From assembly GCA_963750025.1 (NCBI GenBank), contig CAVVPF010000007.1, positions 95,661-159,660 of the forward strand: a DNA stretch of 64,000 nt, in the 5' to 3' direction. This DNA is from an uncultured Chloroflexia bacterium (GTDB taxonomy: Bacteria; Chloroflexota; Limnocylindria; QHBO01). The stretch's first letter is position 1. Each line of letters opens with the position of its first letter. Below are positions 8,432 through 18,836 of this stretch, one piece after another. Position numbers and translations under genes: made by a program. The notes beneath the pieces are model-generated. The model had not been told where the DNA came from. It searched no databases and saw only the letters and a program-made list of their open reading frames with translations.

Positions 8432-9672
8432 TCGGGATCGGCGAGGCCGGACCACGCGGCGAGACAGTCCGGCCGGTGCTGGCCGCCCTCCCGGTCGAGC
8501 ATGGCGGCTGGTCGGCGCTCGATCTCGCCGCCATCGATCCTCAAGACGACCGACCGTTTTGGATCGCCGTGTCACTGGTGCCGGGCGTTGGCCCGGTCGG
8601 CTTCGCACGCCTGCTGCGACGCTTCGGCAGCGCCCGCGCGGCCTGGGCGGCAGGGGCGGGCATCTTCGACGAGCTGCCTCGGGTGCCCGACGACGCTGCG
8701 GCCGGGTTGCGCCGGCTGCGACGTCGCAGCGCCACCTCGATCGCACGGGCGGTTGAGGCAGCCACTCGGCAGGCGGGCGGCCGAGTAGTGACCGTCCTCG
8801 AGAGCGGCTATCCCACCGCGCTCTCCGAGGTCGACCCGCGCCCTCCGGTCCTCTACCTGTCCGGCGACCCGCAGGCCCTCGAGGCGACCTGTGTGGCGGT
8901 GGTCGGGACGCGGCGTGCCACCGGGTACGGGCGCGCGTGCGCCGCCGAGATCGGCGACGAGCTTGCCCGGGCCGGCGTGACGGTGGTCAGTGGCCTGGCG
9001 CTGGGGATCGACGGAGACGCGCATCTGGCAGCGGTCGTCGCCGGCGGTCGTAGCGTGGGAGTGCTCCCGTCGCCGCTCGACCGGGTCTATCCGCCGCGAC
9101 ACCGGGAACTGGCCGCCCGACTGGTGGCGACCGGCGGGGGACTGGTATCTGAGCTTGCGCCGGGCCAGGCACCAGGTCGGCCGGACTTTGCGCGTCGCAA
9201 TCGGATCATCGCCGGATTGGCCCGGGCCGTGGTGGTGATCGAGGCGCCGGACCACTCCGGCGCGCTGCTCACCGCCGCCGCCGCGGTCGATTACGGAAGG
9301 GACCTGTTCGCCGTTCCCGGGCCGATCGACGCGGCCGCCTCGCGTGGCTGCAACCGCCTGATCGCCGATCACCTGGCCACGCTGGTCACCTCGCCGGCCT
9401 CGCTGCTGCACCGCATCGGAGCTGTCGCGGACGGGCGCGCGGTGAGCGTGGCGAGCCTGTCGGAATCCGAAGGGCTGGTCCTCGGCCGGTTGCTCCAACG
9501 GGCCGGGTCGATCGAAGAGTTGATGGAGAAGACAGGGCTGGCGACGGGTCCGCTGGCCAGTACACTGACCCTGCTCGAGGCTCGTGGGCTTGTCGATTCC
9601 TACGGTGGCGCGACCTTCCATCCGACCCTCACCGCGCGTCGAATCGGCCGCCAGAGGGAGCACGCTGGCTGA
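8428..9672 (+). CDS. dprA: DNA processing protein DprA (Smf)
   Basis: 'VAVVGTRRATGYG', 'VSGLALGIDGDAH', 'GRPDFARRNRIIAGLA', 'VVVIEAPDHSGALLTA', 'FAVPGPIDAAASRGCNRLI'. Start overlaps the comM stop. Confidence 0.9.
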   Translation: MIGIGEAGPRGETVRPVLAALPVEHGGWSALDLAAIDPQDDRPFWIAVSLVPGVGPVGFARLLRRFGSARAAWAAGAGIFDELPRVPDDAAAGLRRLRRRSATSIARAVEAATRQAGGRVVTVLESGYPTALSEVDPRPPVLYLSGDPQALEATCVAVVGTRRATGYGRACAAEIGDELARAGVTVVSGLALGIDGDAHLAAVVAGGRSVGVLPSPLDRVYPPRHRELAARLVATGGGLVSELAPGQAPGRPDFARRNRIIAGLARAVVVIEAPDHSGALLTAAAAVDYGRDLFAVPGPIDAAASRGCNRLIADHLATLVTSPASLLHRIGAVADGRAVSVASLSESEGLVLGRLLQRAGSIEELMEKTGLATGPLASTLTLLEARGLVDSYGGATFHPTLTARRIGRQREHAG

Positions 9673-9753
9673 CGCCGGGTATACTCGGCCCGCCACTCGG
9701 CAGCCGAAACCCGTGCCCGGGAGTCGGTCCGCCCGTGACAGGAGTCTTGTCTA

Positions 9754-11295
9754 TTGCGTTCGATTCGCAGCGCCCGCGCGGCGTCCCGCGCCGCGTTCGC
9801 GAGGTTCAGTCTGGAGCTGCGCCGCCATCGCAGCGTGACCCACGTGCTGGCAGGCGCCATCTGCCTGGCCGTCGCCGTCTCGACCGGTGGAACGGTGCAG
9901 GCGGACCTCGAGTCTCTCGTCCCAGCCACCACCTCGATCCTCCCCGAGAGCGTCGGGATCGGGATCCATTCCGGCAGCCCGGTGACCCTGGAGTTCGGCG
10001 AGCCGGTGGACCCGGTGGCCGTCCAGTCCGCCCTGGCGATCAGCCCCGTTCAGCAATTCCGCCTGCAGTGGAGCGCGGACCGCCGCAGCGTCGAGGTTTC
10101 GCCGGTGCGCCGGTGGCTGACCGACCAGCGTTACGTGGTCGCGGTCGGCGAGCGGCACTTCACCTTCACCACCCAGACCGCCCCGCGCATCACCGACTTC
10201 GGGGTGCGCCAGGTGGACACCGCCCCGGGCAACCTTCGCCAGCTCGGCGAGGCTGAGATCCCGCCGGACACGGTGGCCGATGCCAGCGCGCGCACCGCCA
10301 TCCAGGTCACCTTCGGCGCAATCATGGACCGCGACGACGTGGAGCGCGCCTTCGTGCTCAGCCCCTCCGTTCCCGGCGCCTTCAGCTGGCGAGGCACGGT
10401 CATGACCTTCACTCCTGCCGAGCGCTTCAGCTCGGACGCGCGGTACGCCGTCTCGCTGTCGGGCGCCCAAGACGCCGATGGCAATCCGCTTCGCGGCGAC
10501 AGTTCGTTCTCGTTCACCACGCGCGCCGGGGCGCAGTTGGTCCGGGTCAGTCCGGCCATCGGCGCCACCAAGGTCACCGACACGCAGGTGCTGCTCTGGT
10601 TCAGCCAGCCGATGCGGGCCAATCTCTCCGGCGCGGCACTATCGGTCACCGACCTCGTCACCGGGGCGAAGCTGCCGGGCAGGAAGACCTGGAATGCCAC
10701 GGACACGCAACTGCGGTTCGCCCCGAGCCGTGCCTTCGCGATCGGCCATCGGTTCCGCGTCCGGCTGTCCGACGGTGCCGTAGATGCGGACAACAATCCG
10801 GTGACCGCTGAGTGGACGTTCAGCACGCCGAGCCCGGTGGCCCGTGCAACGGCCAAGCCGAGCGGTCAGGTGCCGGCCACGCGATCGGGCCTGGTGGCCT
10901 ACGCCCTCAACCAGGTCAACGCCGCACGGGCCTCCTACGGCCTGAACGCGCTGGTCATCGACCCGGCCATCTCGGCGGTGTCGGCGGCGCACGCCTGGGA
11001 CATGATGAACAACAACTACTTCAGCCACACCAGCCTGGACGGACGCACCTACCAAGACCGATTGCGCAACGCTGGGATCAGCTTTGGCTACTCCGGCGAG
11101 AACATCTGCTCCTATGGCGGGCAGTCCGATCCCTACGCCGTGCTCGACTGGTGCCACTCCACCTTCATGGCCGAGCCGTACCCCGGCTACGCCAACCACA
11201 AGGGCAATATCCTGGGCGCGCACTTCCGTCGGATGGGCGTCGGCGTGGCCCAGGTCGGCTCGAAAGTGATCGTGGTCTGGGACTTTACCGACTGA
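9754..11295 (+). CDS. Exported protein with Ig-like (SbsA/Big_5-type) repeats and a C-terminal CAP/SCP (YkwD-like) domain
   Basis: N-terminal TM/signal 'VLAGAICLAVAVS'; repeated 'SP..GA..V' beta-rich modules; C-terminal 'NQVNAARASYGLNALVIDPAISAVSAAHAWDMMNNNYFSHTSLDG' and 'HKGNILGAHFRRMGVG'. Confidence 0.7.
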   Translation: MRSIRSARAASRAAFARFSLELRRHRSVTHVLAGAICLAVAVSTGGTVQADLESLVPATTSILPESVGIGIHSGSPVTLEFGEPVDPVAVQSALAISPVQQFRLQWSADRRSVEVSPVRRWLTDQRYVVAVGERHFTFTTQTAPRITDFGVRQVDTAPGNLRQLGEAEIPPDTVADASARTAIQVTFGAIMDRDDVERAFVLSPSVPGAFSWRGTVMTFTPAERFSSDARYAVSLSGAQDADGNPLRGDSSFSFTTRAGAQLVRVSPAIGATKVTDTQVLLWFSQPMRANLSGAALSVTDLVTGAKLPGRKTWNATDTQLRFAPSRAFAIGHRFRVRLSDGAVDADNNPVTAEWTFSTPSPVARATAKPSGQVPATRSGLVAYALNQVNAARASYGLNALVIDPAISAVSAAHAWDMMNNNYFSHTSLDGRTYQDRLRNAGISFGYSGENICSYGGQSDPYAVLDWCHSTFMAEPYPGYANHKGNILGAHFRRMGVGVAQVGSKVIVVWDFTD

Positions 11296-11342
11296 TCCGC
11301 CTCGCCGAAATGGCCGGAACCGGGTGCTACACTCCCTGACCG

Positions 11343-13544
11343 ATGCCCCCCAAGAAGCGTTCCAACGGCGATCTGGTCATCGTCGAGTCACCCGCCAAGG
11401 CCAAGACCATCGAACGGTACCTGGGGGACGGCTACACGGTGATCGCCTCATACGGCCACGTCCGTGACCTTCCCGAGCGCAGCCTGGGGGTCGATGTCGA
11501 CGGCGACTTCGCCCCGCGCTACGAGCCACTCAAGGATCGACGCAAGGATCTGGATCGGCTCGCCGAGCTGGCCAGGCGGGCGGACATGGTCTGGCTGGCC
11601 ACCGACCTGGATCGCGAAGGCGAGTCGATCGCCTGGCACATCGCCCAGTTCGCCGGGCTGGCCGATGACCGGGTGCGCCGGGTCACCTTCAGCGAGATCA
11701 CCAAGTCGGCTATCGAGGCCGCTTTTGCCCATCCGAGGGCCATCAACCTCGACCTCGTCAACGCCCAGCAGGCACGCCGCGTGATCGACCGCCTGGTCGG
11801 CTACAAGCTGAGCCCTCTGGTGAGCAGCAAGATCCGCCGCGGTCTCTCAGCCGGGCGGGTGCAGAGCGTGGCGGTGCGGCTGGTGGTGGAGCGCGAGCGC
11901 GAGATCGAGCGCTTCAACCCCGAGGAGTACTGGAGCCTGGCGGTCGAGCTGACGAGGCGCGGCGAGTCCGGCCGCTTCACCGCCGAGCTGACCCGCATCG
12001 ACGGCAAGAAGGCCCGCGTCGCCAGCGCGGAAAAGGCCGCCGAGCACGAGGCCGCGCTGCGCGCAGCGCAGTACCGGGTGGCCGCGGTGACTCGCACCCA
12101 GCAGCGCAAGGCTGCACCGCCGCCGTTCACCACCAGCACCCTCCAGCAGGAAGCCTCCCGCAAGCTGAGCTTCGGGGCCAAGCGGACGATGAGCGTGGCG
12201 CAGTCACTGTACGAGGGGATTGCCCTGCCCGAGGGGCAGGTCGGCCTGATCACCTATATGCGCACCGACTCGCTGTCGATCGCTTCGGGGGCGGTCAGCG
12301 AAGCACGCGGGGTGATCGCCGAGCGCTTTGGCGTTGACTTCGTGCCGGATCGGCCCAATGCCTTCAAGAATCGCAGCCGCGGGGCGCAGGAGGCGCACGA
12401 GGCGATCCGTCCGTCGAGCTTCGCCCGGTCGCCCGAATCGGTGCGCAGCCACCTCAAGCCCGACGAGTACCGGCTCTATGAGCTGATCTGGAAGCGGGCG
12501 ATCGCCAGCCAGATGAGCCCGGCGCGCTTCGACCAGGTGGGGGTCGACGTCTCCGCCGGCCGCTACACCGTGCATGCGGGGGCGCGCAAGCGCGTCTTCG
12601 ACGGCTACCAGGCGGTCTACATCGAGGGGCGCGACGACGAGGAGGACGAGCGTCTGACGGTGCTGCCCGACCTGCGGCAGGACGAGCCGCTGGACCTGGC
12701 GTCGCTCACCTCCGAGCAGCACTTCACCCAGCCACCGCCACGCTACACCGAGGCGACCCTCATCAAGGCGCTCGAGGAGCACGGTATCGGCCGCCCGTCG
12801 ACCTACGCCCCGACCATCGACACCATCCGCCAGCGTGGCTACGTGGCCATCAAGGAGCGGCGCCTCTCGCCGGAGGAACCCGCCTTTCGGGTCACCGACC
12901 TGCTGGTCGAGCATTTCCCAGAGGTCGTCGACCTGGAGTTCACGGCGCGCATGGAGGAGCAGCTCGACGAGGTGGCCGCCGGGCGGCAGGAGTGGGTGCC
13001 CATGGTGCGCAGCTTCTGGGATCCCTTCAGCGCCAAGGTGGTCGAGGGGCGTACCAAGATCGCCAAGCAGGTCGAGATGACCGATATCGACTGCCCGCTG
13101 AGCGGCCACAAGATGATGAAGCGCTACGGGCGCAACGGCTGGTTCCTGGGCTGCTCCGCCTACCCAGAGTGCAAGCACACCATGCCGATCCCCGGCGAAG
13201 AGCCGGTGATCCCTCCCGATATGCCGGGGGTTGGGGAGAAGTGCCCCGCCTGCGGGGAGGGGACGCTGAGCGCGCGAACAGGCCGCTTCGGCCCGTTCGT
13301 CGGTTGCGACCGGTACCCGGAGTGCAAGCACATCGTCCGCCAGGAGCGCGCCAGCGAGCGGTTCGGCGTCTGCCCCAAGTGCAGCACTGGCACGGTGGTG
13401 ACCAAGCATGCCCGCCGCGGGCGACGGCCGTTCTGGGGGTGCGATCGCTATCCGGAGTGCGACTACTCCAGCTGGACGCGCCCTGCCTCCGGTGACGGAG
13501 CCGATGGGCCGGCGGCCGGGGTGGCCGGCCGCGCCGGTGGCTGA
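11343..13544 (+). CDS. topA: DNA topoisomerase I
   Basis: Toprim 'LVIVESPAKAKTIERYLG'; 'DLDREGE'; active-site region 'LITYMRTDS'; three or four C-terminal Cys4 zinc ribbons ('CPACGEGTL..CDRYPEC', 'CPKCSTG..CDRYPEC'). Confidence 0.95.
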   Translation: MPPKKRSNGDLVIVESPAKAKTIERYLGDGYTVIASYGHVRDLPERSLGVDVDGDFAPRYEPLKDRRKDLDRLAELARRADMVWLATDLDREGESIAWHIAQFAGLADDRVRRVTFSEITKSAIEAAFAHPRAINLDLVNAQQARRVIDRLVGYKLSPLVSSKIRRGLSAGRVQSVAVRLVVEREREIERFNPEEYWSLAVELTRRGESGRFTAELTRIDGKKARVASAEKAAEHEAALRAAQYRVAAVTRTQQRKAAPPPFTTSTLQQEASRKLSFGAKRTMSVAQSLYEGIALPEGQVGLITYMRTDSLSIASGAVSEARGVIAERFGVDFVPDRPNAFKNRSRGAQEAHEAIRPSSFARSPESVRSHLKPDEYRLYELIWKRAIASQMSPARFDQVGVDVSAGRYTVHAGARKRVFDGYQAVYIEGRDDEEDERLTVLPDLRQDEPLDLASLTSEQHFTQPPPRYTEATLIKALEEHGIGRPSTYAPTIDTIRQRGYVAIKERRLSPEEPAFRVTDLLVEHFPEVVDLEFTARMEEQLDEVAAGRQEWVPMVRSFWDPFSAKVVEGRTKIAKQVEMTDIDCPLSGHKMMKRYGRNGWFLGCSAYPECKHTMPIPGEEPVIPPDMPGVGEKCPACGEGTLSARTGRFGPFVGCDRYPECKHIVRQERASERFGVCPKCSTGTVVTKHARRGRRPFWGCDRYPECDYSSWTRPASGDGADGPAAGVAGRAGG

Positions 13545-14517
13545 GGCGCCGGTCGGCGACGCCGCGCTCGCCCTGGAGCGATTCCTGGGCCACCTGTCGA
13601 GCCGCAACGCCTCGCCGCGCACGATCGTCGAATACCGACGCCACGCCGCCGAGTTCCTTGCCTTCCTGGATCGCAGCCACGTCGCGTGGGGCGCCCCTGA
13701 CCACGCCACGGTGCGCGCCTACCTCTCCTGGCTGGCCGATCGGGAGCTCTCCGCCTCCGCCGTGGGTGGACGCCTGGCGGCAATCCGCTCACTCTACCGC
13801 CACGCCACCCGGCAGGGCTGGCTGGCCGCCGACCCGTTGGCCGGTGTCCGGTCACCGAAGCGTCCCGGGCGCCTGCCCAGGATCCTTTCTGTCGCCGACG
13901 CCGCGCGCCTGGTCGAGGCACCGCGCCAGATGGTGCTGGTCGGCCGGCGCAGGCGCGATCCGCTGGTCGCGGATGCGGCCGCTCGCCGCGATGCCGCCCT
14001 GCTCGAGCTGCTGTACGCCACCGGGATGCGAATCAGCGAGCTGGCCTCGCTGTCGATCGACCGGGTCGATCTGGCGCGCCGCCGGCTGCGGGTGGTGGGC
14101 AAGGGCAACAAGGAGCGCGAGCTGCTCTTCGGCGATCCGGCGGCCCGCGCGGTGCGGGCGTACCTGGCCAGTGGGCGGCCGACCCTGGCGGCGCGCGCCT
14201 CGCGACCGACCGCCGCGCTCTTCCTGAACGCCACCGGCGGGCCGCTCACCGCCCGAGGAGCGCGGATGGTGGTCGACCGCTGGGTGATCGCCAGCGGCGC
14301 TCCGGCCAACACCTCGCCGCATACCCTGCGCCACAGCTTCGCGACCCACCTGCTCGAAGGTGGCGCCGACCTGCGCACCGTGCAGGAGCTGCTCGGCCAC
14401 GTGTCGCTGGCCACCACCCAGATCTACACCCACCTCTCCGACGCCTCGCTGCGCAGCGCCTACCGCTCCGCGCACCCACGCTCCGGTCGGGTCGCTCCCG
14501 GCCGGTCGGATCGGTGA
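13504..14517 (+). CDS. xerC: Site-specific tyrosine recombinase XerC-type
   Basis: 'RTIVEYRRHAAEFLAFL', 'ATGMRISELASL', 'GKGNKEREL', 'HTLRHSFATHLLEGGADLRTVQELLGHVSLATTQIYTH'. Start uncertain (ATG 13504; ORF opens at 13408 and overlaps topA). Confidence 0.85.
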   Translation: MGRRPGWPAAPVAEAPVGDAALALERFLGHLSSRNASPRTIVEYRRHAAEFLAFLDRSHVAWGAPDHATVRAYLSWLADRELSASAVGGRLAAIRSLYRHATRQGWLAADPLAGVRSPKRPGRLPRILSVADAARLVEAPRQMVLVGRRRRDPLVADAAARRDAALLELLYATGMRISELASLSIDRVDLARRRLRVVGKGNKERELLFGDPAARAVRAYLASGRPTLAARASRPTAALFLNATGGPLTARGARMVVDRWVIASGAPANTSPHTLRHSFATHLLEGGADLRTVQELLGHVSLATTQIYTHLSDASLRSAYRSAHPRSGRVAPGRSDR

Positions 14518-16121
14518 CCCCGCTGTCCGCGGGCGCGGCCTCCTCGGGGCGCGTGCTGGCCCGGGCGGGCCTGATCCTGACTATTGCCGCGCTGGCCAGT
14601 CGCCTGCTCGGTTGGGTGCGCCTGCTGGTGATCGGCTCGCAGTTCGGCGCATCGCGTGAGCTGGACGCCTACTTCGCCGCCTTCCGCATCCCCGATGCCA
14701 TCTTTCAGCTGGTGATCGCCGGCGCGCTGAGTGCAGCGCTCATCCCGGTATTCAGCGGCTACCGGGCGCGCGGCGAGGAGGACGAGGCCTGGAAGCTGGC
14801 CAGCAGCGTCATCAACCTGGTCCTCATCGCGCTCGCCGGCTTCAGCCTGGTGATGGCCATCCTGGCGCCGCTGGTGGTGCCGTTCGTGGCGCCGGGCTTC
14901 GACGCGCCGACCACCGAACTGACGATCCGCATGACCCGCGTGATGCTGCTCAGCCCGGTCTTCATCGGCATGGGGGCGGTGGTCAGCGGGATCCTCAACA
15001 GCTACGAGCGCTTCACCGTGCCGGCCATTGCGCCGCTCGTGTACAACCTGGCGATCATCGGGTCGGCAATCGTGCTGGCGCCGATCATGGGCGTGGAGGG
15101 GCTGGCGGTCGGGGTGGCGCTCGGCTCGCTGCTGCACCTGGCCATCCAGCTGCCGCAGCTGCGCAAGGTGGGGCAGCGCTATGACCTCACGATCGGGCTG
15201 TCGCACCCCGGCGTCCGCAAGGTGGCCTGGCTGATGGGCCCGCGCATGCTCGGCTTGGCCGCTGCCCAGATCAACTTCATCGTCAGCACGGTGCTGGCCA
15301 GCGGCCTGCCGCGGGGCAGCCTGACCTCGTTCAACTACGCCTTCCAGCTGATGCAGGTGCCGGTCGGCGTGGTGGGCGTCAGCGTGGCGGTGGCGCTCTT
15401 CCCGCGCCTGTCGCGCGAGGCGGCGCTCGGCAGGCTCGCCGACGTGCGCCGCTACGTGGCCCAGACGCTCCGCATCCTCCTCTTCGTGGCGGCGCCGCTG
15501 ACCGCGATCATGACCGTCCTGCGCGGGCCGCTGACCGCGGTCTTCTTCCAGTACGGCCTGTTCAGCGCCCGCGCGACCGCGCAGACCGCAGATGCGCTCC
15601 TCTTCTTCACCCTGGGGCTTGCTGCCTATACCGTGGTGCACGTGCTGGCGCGCGCCTTCTATGCCCTGCAGGACACCCGCACCCCCGTGCTTTGGGCGGT
15701 GCTATCGGTCGTCCTCAACGTGCCCCTCATGATCTGGCTGGTGAGGCCGATGGCCGTCAACGGCCTGGCGCTGGCCATGTCGATCACCGCCACGGTGGAG
15801 GTGCTGGGCCTGGTCTGGGCGCTGCACGACCGGCTCAACGGCCTGGAGCTCGGCGAAGTGCTCACCTCGCTTGGCCGCTCGGCCGCGGCGGCGACCGGGA
15901 CCGGGCTGCTCATCTTCGGCGGGCTGCAGGTGGTCGACCTGTGGTTCGGCGGTGCGCTCGCCAATGGGCTCGGCCGGTTGATCGTGCTGCTGGCACTATC
16001 GGCGATCGGGTTGCTGGCCTACGCGGCCTTCGCGCTGGCCCTCCGTTCGCCCGAGCTTGGTGAGCTGCGGCGCCTGTTGCGGCGACGGCTGACGGGCGCT
16101 CCCGGACAGGAGCCGACATGA
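14514..16121 (+). CDS. murJ: Lipid II flippase MurJ (MviN)
   Basis: 535-aa polytopic protein. 'RLLGWVRLLVIGSQFGASRELDAYFAAFRIPD', 'FAPGF', 'LAAAQINFIVST'. Confidence 0.9.
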   Translation: MTPLSAGAASSGRVLARAGLILTIAALASRLLGWVRLLVIGSQFGASRELDAYFAAFRIPDAIFQLVIAGALSAALIPVFSGYRARGEEDEAWKLASSVINLVLIALAGFSLVMAILAPLVVPFVAPGFDAPTTELTIRMTRVMLLSPVFIGMGAVVSGILNSYERFTVPAIAPLVYNLAIIGSAIVLAPIMGVEGLAVGVALGSLLHLAIQLPQLRKVGQRYDLTIGLSHPGVRKVAWLMGPRMLGLAAAQINFIVSTVLASGLPRGSLTSFNYAFQLMQVPVGVVGVSVAVALFPRLSREAALGRLADVRRYVAQTLRILLFVAAPLTAIMTVLRGPLTAVFFQYGLFSARATAQTADALLFFTLGLAAYTVVHVLARAFYALQDTRTPVLWAVLSVVLNVPLMIWLVRPMAVNGLALAMSITATVEVLGLVWALHDRLNGLELGEVLTSLGRSAAAATGTGLLIFGGLQVVDLWFGGALANGLGRLIVLLALSAIGLLAYAAFALALRSPELGELRRLLRRRLTGAPGQEPT

Positions 16122-17635
16122 GCGCCGCTGAGCTCGGCCCACCGGGCGGCACACTGGGCCTCGGCTCGCTCACCGACCGGATCGCGCCGGAACGGGTGGT
16201 GGGCGTGCCCGTTGGCGAGATCCGCTCGCTGGCCTACGACTCGCGGCGGGTCGGCCCCGGGGCGCTCTTCTTTGCGGTCCCCGGCGAGCACACCGACGGA
16301 CATCGCTTCGTGCCCGATGCGATAGCGACCGGAGCTGCCGCCGTGGTGGTGCAGCACGAGCTGCCCGACGCCGGTGTGCCGCAGTTGGTGGTGACCAATG
16401 CGCGGCATGCCCTGGCCGATGCCGCCGACCTGTGGTTCGGTGAACCGTCGCAGCAGCTCGCGACGATCGGGGTCACCGGAACGAATGGGAAGACCACGGT
16501 CGCCACGCTCTGCGCCCAGCTGCTCGCCGCCGGCGGCTGGCGCCCCGGCCTGGTCGGCACCGTCTCGCTGCAGATCGGCGACCGGTTGACCGACAACCCG
16601 ACTCGCTCGACCACCCCCGAGGCGCTCGAGCTGCAGGAGCTTCTCGCGCGCATGGTGGCGGCCGGCAATGACAGCGCGGTGATCGAGGCGAGCAGCCATG
16701 GGCTGGCGCTCGGTCGGGTGCGCAACTGCCGGTTCCGGGCCGGGATCATCACCAACCTGACCGCCGAGCACCTGGAATTTCACGGCAGCTGGGAGGCCTA
16801 CCGCGACGCCAAGGCGCTGCTGGTCGAGGAGGCACCGCTCGCTGTCCTCAACCGTGACGATCCCAGCTATCCGTTCTTCCACGAGCGAGCGCGGGATCGG
16901 GTCGTCAGTTTTGGCTTCCACCCCGAGGCCGATCTCCATGCTGGCAACGTCGAGGAGGGGCGCGACGGCTCGACCATCACCATGGCGGGGCCGCTGTGGA
17001 GCGGAACGATCGCGATCCCGCTGATTGGGCGGGTCAACGTCGAGAACGCGCTGGCGGCCCTTGCCCTTGCCATCGGCTGGGGGATCGAGCCCGAGGTGGC
17101 GCGCGGTGCTCTGGCAGCGGTGCGCGGCGTACCGGGGCGGATGCAGCGGATCGAGGCCGGGCAACCGTTCACGCTGGTGGTGGACTACGCCCACACGCCC
17201 GATGCGCTGGAGAAGGCGTTGCGCAGCCTGCGGCGGCTGACCGCCGGACGCCTGCTGGTGGTGACCGGCTGCGCCGCCTGGGGCGACCTGCCGAAGCGCC
17301 CGGCGATCGGCCATTTGGCGGCCGCTCTGGCCGACGCGGTGGTGATCGCCAACGAGGACCCGCGCGACGAGGATCCCGACCAGATCAACCGCCAGGTGGC
17401 CGACGGGGCACGGGCGGCAGGGGCGCGGGATGGGGAGACCCTGTGGGTCATCAACGACCGGCGCGCGGCGATCGCGCATGCCATCGGCCTCGCCCGAGCC
17501 GGCGACACGATCCTGCTGGCCGGCAAGGGGCATGAACGATCGATGCTGGTGGCCGGCGGCGCGATCCCATGGAACGAAGCGGAAATCGCGGCGCAGTTGC
17601 TCGCCGCGGCCGGCTTCGTCTCCCCGGCCCGATGA
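16118..17635 (+). CDS. murE: UDP-N-acetylmuramoyl-L-alanyl-D-glutamate--2,6-diaminopimelate ligase
   Basis: 'IGVTGTNGKTT', 'EASSHGL', 'VVDYAHTPDALEKAL', 'DPRDEDP', 'LLAGKGHE'. Confidence 0.92.
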   Translation: MSAAELGPPGGTLGLGSLTDRIAPERVVGVPVGEIRSLAYDSRRVGPGALFFAVPGEHTDGHRFVPDAIATGAAAVVVQHELPDAGVPQLVVTNARHALADAADLWFGEPSQQLATIGVTGTNGKTTVATLCAQLLAAGGWRPGLVGTVSLQIGDRLTDNPTRSTTPEALELQELLARMVAAGNDSAVIEASSHGLALGRVRNCRFRAGIITNLTAEHLEFHGSWEAYRDAKALLVEEAPLAVLNRDDPSYPFFHERARDRVVSFGFHPEADLHAGNVEEGRDGSTITMAGPLWSGTIAIPLIGRVNVENALAALALAIGWGIEPEVARGALAAVRGVPGRMQRIEAGQPFTLVVDYAHTPDALEKALRSLRRLTAGRLLVVTGCAAWGDLPKRPAIGHLAAALADAVVIANEDPRDEDPDQINRQVADGARAAGARDGETLWVINDRRAAIAHAIGLARAGDTILLAGKGHERSMLVAGGAIPWNEAEIAAQLLAAAGFVSPAR

Positions 17636-18705
17636 GCATCCGCGTCCGTCCAGCGACCTCGGCCGATCGACGCGCCTGGGACGCCTTCGTGGCGGCCCGT
17701 CCCGAGGGGGACCCGCTCCAGTGCTGGGCCTGGGGGGAGTGCTCAGCCCTGGCCGGCGAGGTGCCCCAGCGCCTGATCGCCGAGGAGGCCGACGGGCGGC
17801 TGCGGGGCGTGGCGCAGGCGCTCGTCCGTCCTGCCGGCTTCGGTCGCCAGGTCGCCTACGTGCCGCACGGCCCGGTCTGGGAACGCGAGGCGCCCGACGC
17901 TGGCAACCTCCTGGCGGCCCTGGTCGAGGGTCTGCGTCAGATGGGGCGCCGGGAGCGAGCGATCGTCGTCAAGCTCGATCCGCGCACCACGCTGACCGAG
18001 GACCGCGAGGCCCTGGCGGCAGGCCTCCTCTCCTTCGGCGCGCGTCGCTCGCGGGACCACCTCCAGGCTCCTAGCACGCGCATCCTCGATCTGACGGTCA
18101 GTCGTGAGGCCCTGTGGGCGACCTGGGATCCCGATGCCCGCAACAGCGTCCGGCGCGCCGCGAAGGAGGGAGTGACGGTCGTACTGGATCGCACCGGCGA
18201 CCCCGCGGCCGTCGAGATCCTCGCCGCGCTGCACCAGCGCACCGCCGAGCGAGCCGCCTTCCGCGGGCGGTCGGCCGCCTTCCTGGGCGAGGCGGCGCGG
18301 CGCTTCGCTGCCAGTGGCGGCTGGTACCTCGGCCAGGCGATCTTCGAGGGTCGGCCGATCTCGGCGATGGGCTTCCTGCGGGTCGGCGATCGCGCCTTTT
18401 ATCTTTGGGCGGGCTCACTGCGCGACCCCGCGCTCAACGCCGCGCGCGGCCCGTATGCGGCGCTCGCCGCCGCGATCGACGCCCTGGCGGCCGATGGCTG
18501 CCGAAGCCTCGACCTGTGGGGCGTGACCGAGTCGGGCGACACCCAGGCCGATCCGGGAGCGGCCGGCTACAGCCGCTTCAAGCGCAAGTTCGGCGGCGCC
18601 TCGCTGCACCACCCCGGCCTCTTTGACCTGGTGATCGATCCGTTCTGGTACCGCGCCCGGCAGGCCCGTGGCCTGCTGCTCGGTCGTCTCCGTCCTGCCG
18701 GCTGA
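17632..18705 (+). CDS. FemAB-family peptidoglycan bridge-forming aminoacyltransferase
   Basis: ATG overlaps the murE stop (ATGA). 'WDAFVAARPEGDPLQCWAWGE', 'LDLWGV', 'GYSRFKRKFGG'. About 357 aa, typical FemAB/MurM length. Confidence 0.75.
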   Translation: MSIRVRPATSADRRAWDAFVAARPEGDPLQCWAWGECSALAGEVPQRLIAEEADGRLRGVAQALVRPAGFGRQVAYVPHGPVWEREAPDAGNLLAALVEGLRQMGRRERAIVVKLDPRTTLTEDREALAAGLLSFGARRSRDHLQAPSTRILDLTVSREALWATWDPDARNSVRRAAKEGVTVVLDRTGDPAAVEILAALHQRTAERAAFRGRSAAFLGEAARRFAASGGWYLGQAIFEGRPISAMGFLRVGDRAFYLWAGSLRDPALNAARGPYAALAAAIDALAADGCRSLDLWGVTESGDTQADPGAAGYSRFKRKFGGASLHHPGLFDLVIDPFWYRARQARGLLLGRLRPAG

Positions 18706-18709
18706 GGGC

Positions 18710-18836
18710 GCTCGGCATCCGAGCCTATCGACCGGGATAGGCGCTCGGGACCTCCGAATCTCAGCCGGTGTGCTCCGATGCCGAGGATTCGGCCGCGATT
18801 CGGCCAGATCCCGGTTCATGCGCTCGGATACCGAGC
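18710..18836 (+). promoter_or_regulatory. Pair of near-identical 15-bp palindromes upstream of relA (candidate operator or hairpins)
   Basis: 'gctcggCATccgagc' at 18710-18724 and 'gctcggATAccgagc' at 18822-18836. A third half-site 'gcgctcgg' sits at ~18741. Extra hairpins 'cctatc..gatagg' and 'ccgaatc..gattcgg'. Confidence 0.3.

Noticed and set aside
12204-13709. 501-aa minus-strand ORF antisense to topA
   Set aside because: Shadow ORF; topA motifs are on the plus strand. The same applies to 14460..15641, 16019..17533, 18976..20523, 26917..28500, 28522..30123, 30779..32128 and 35922..36986.
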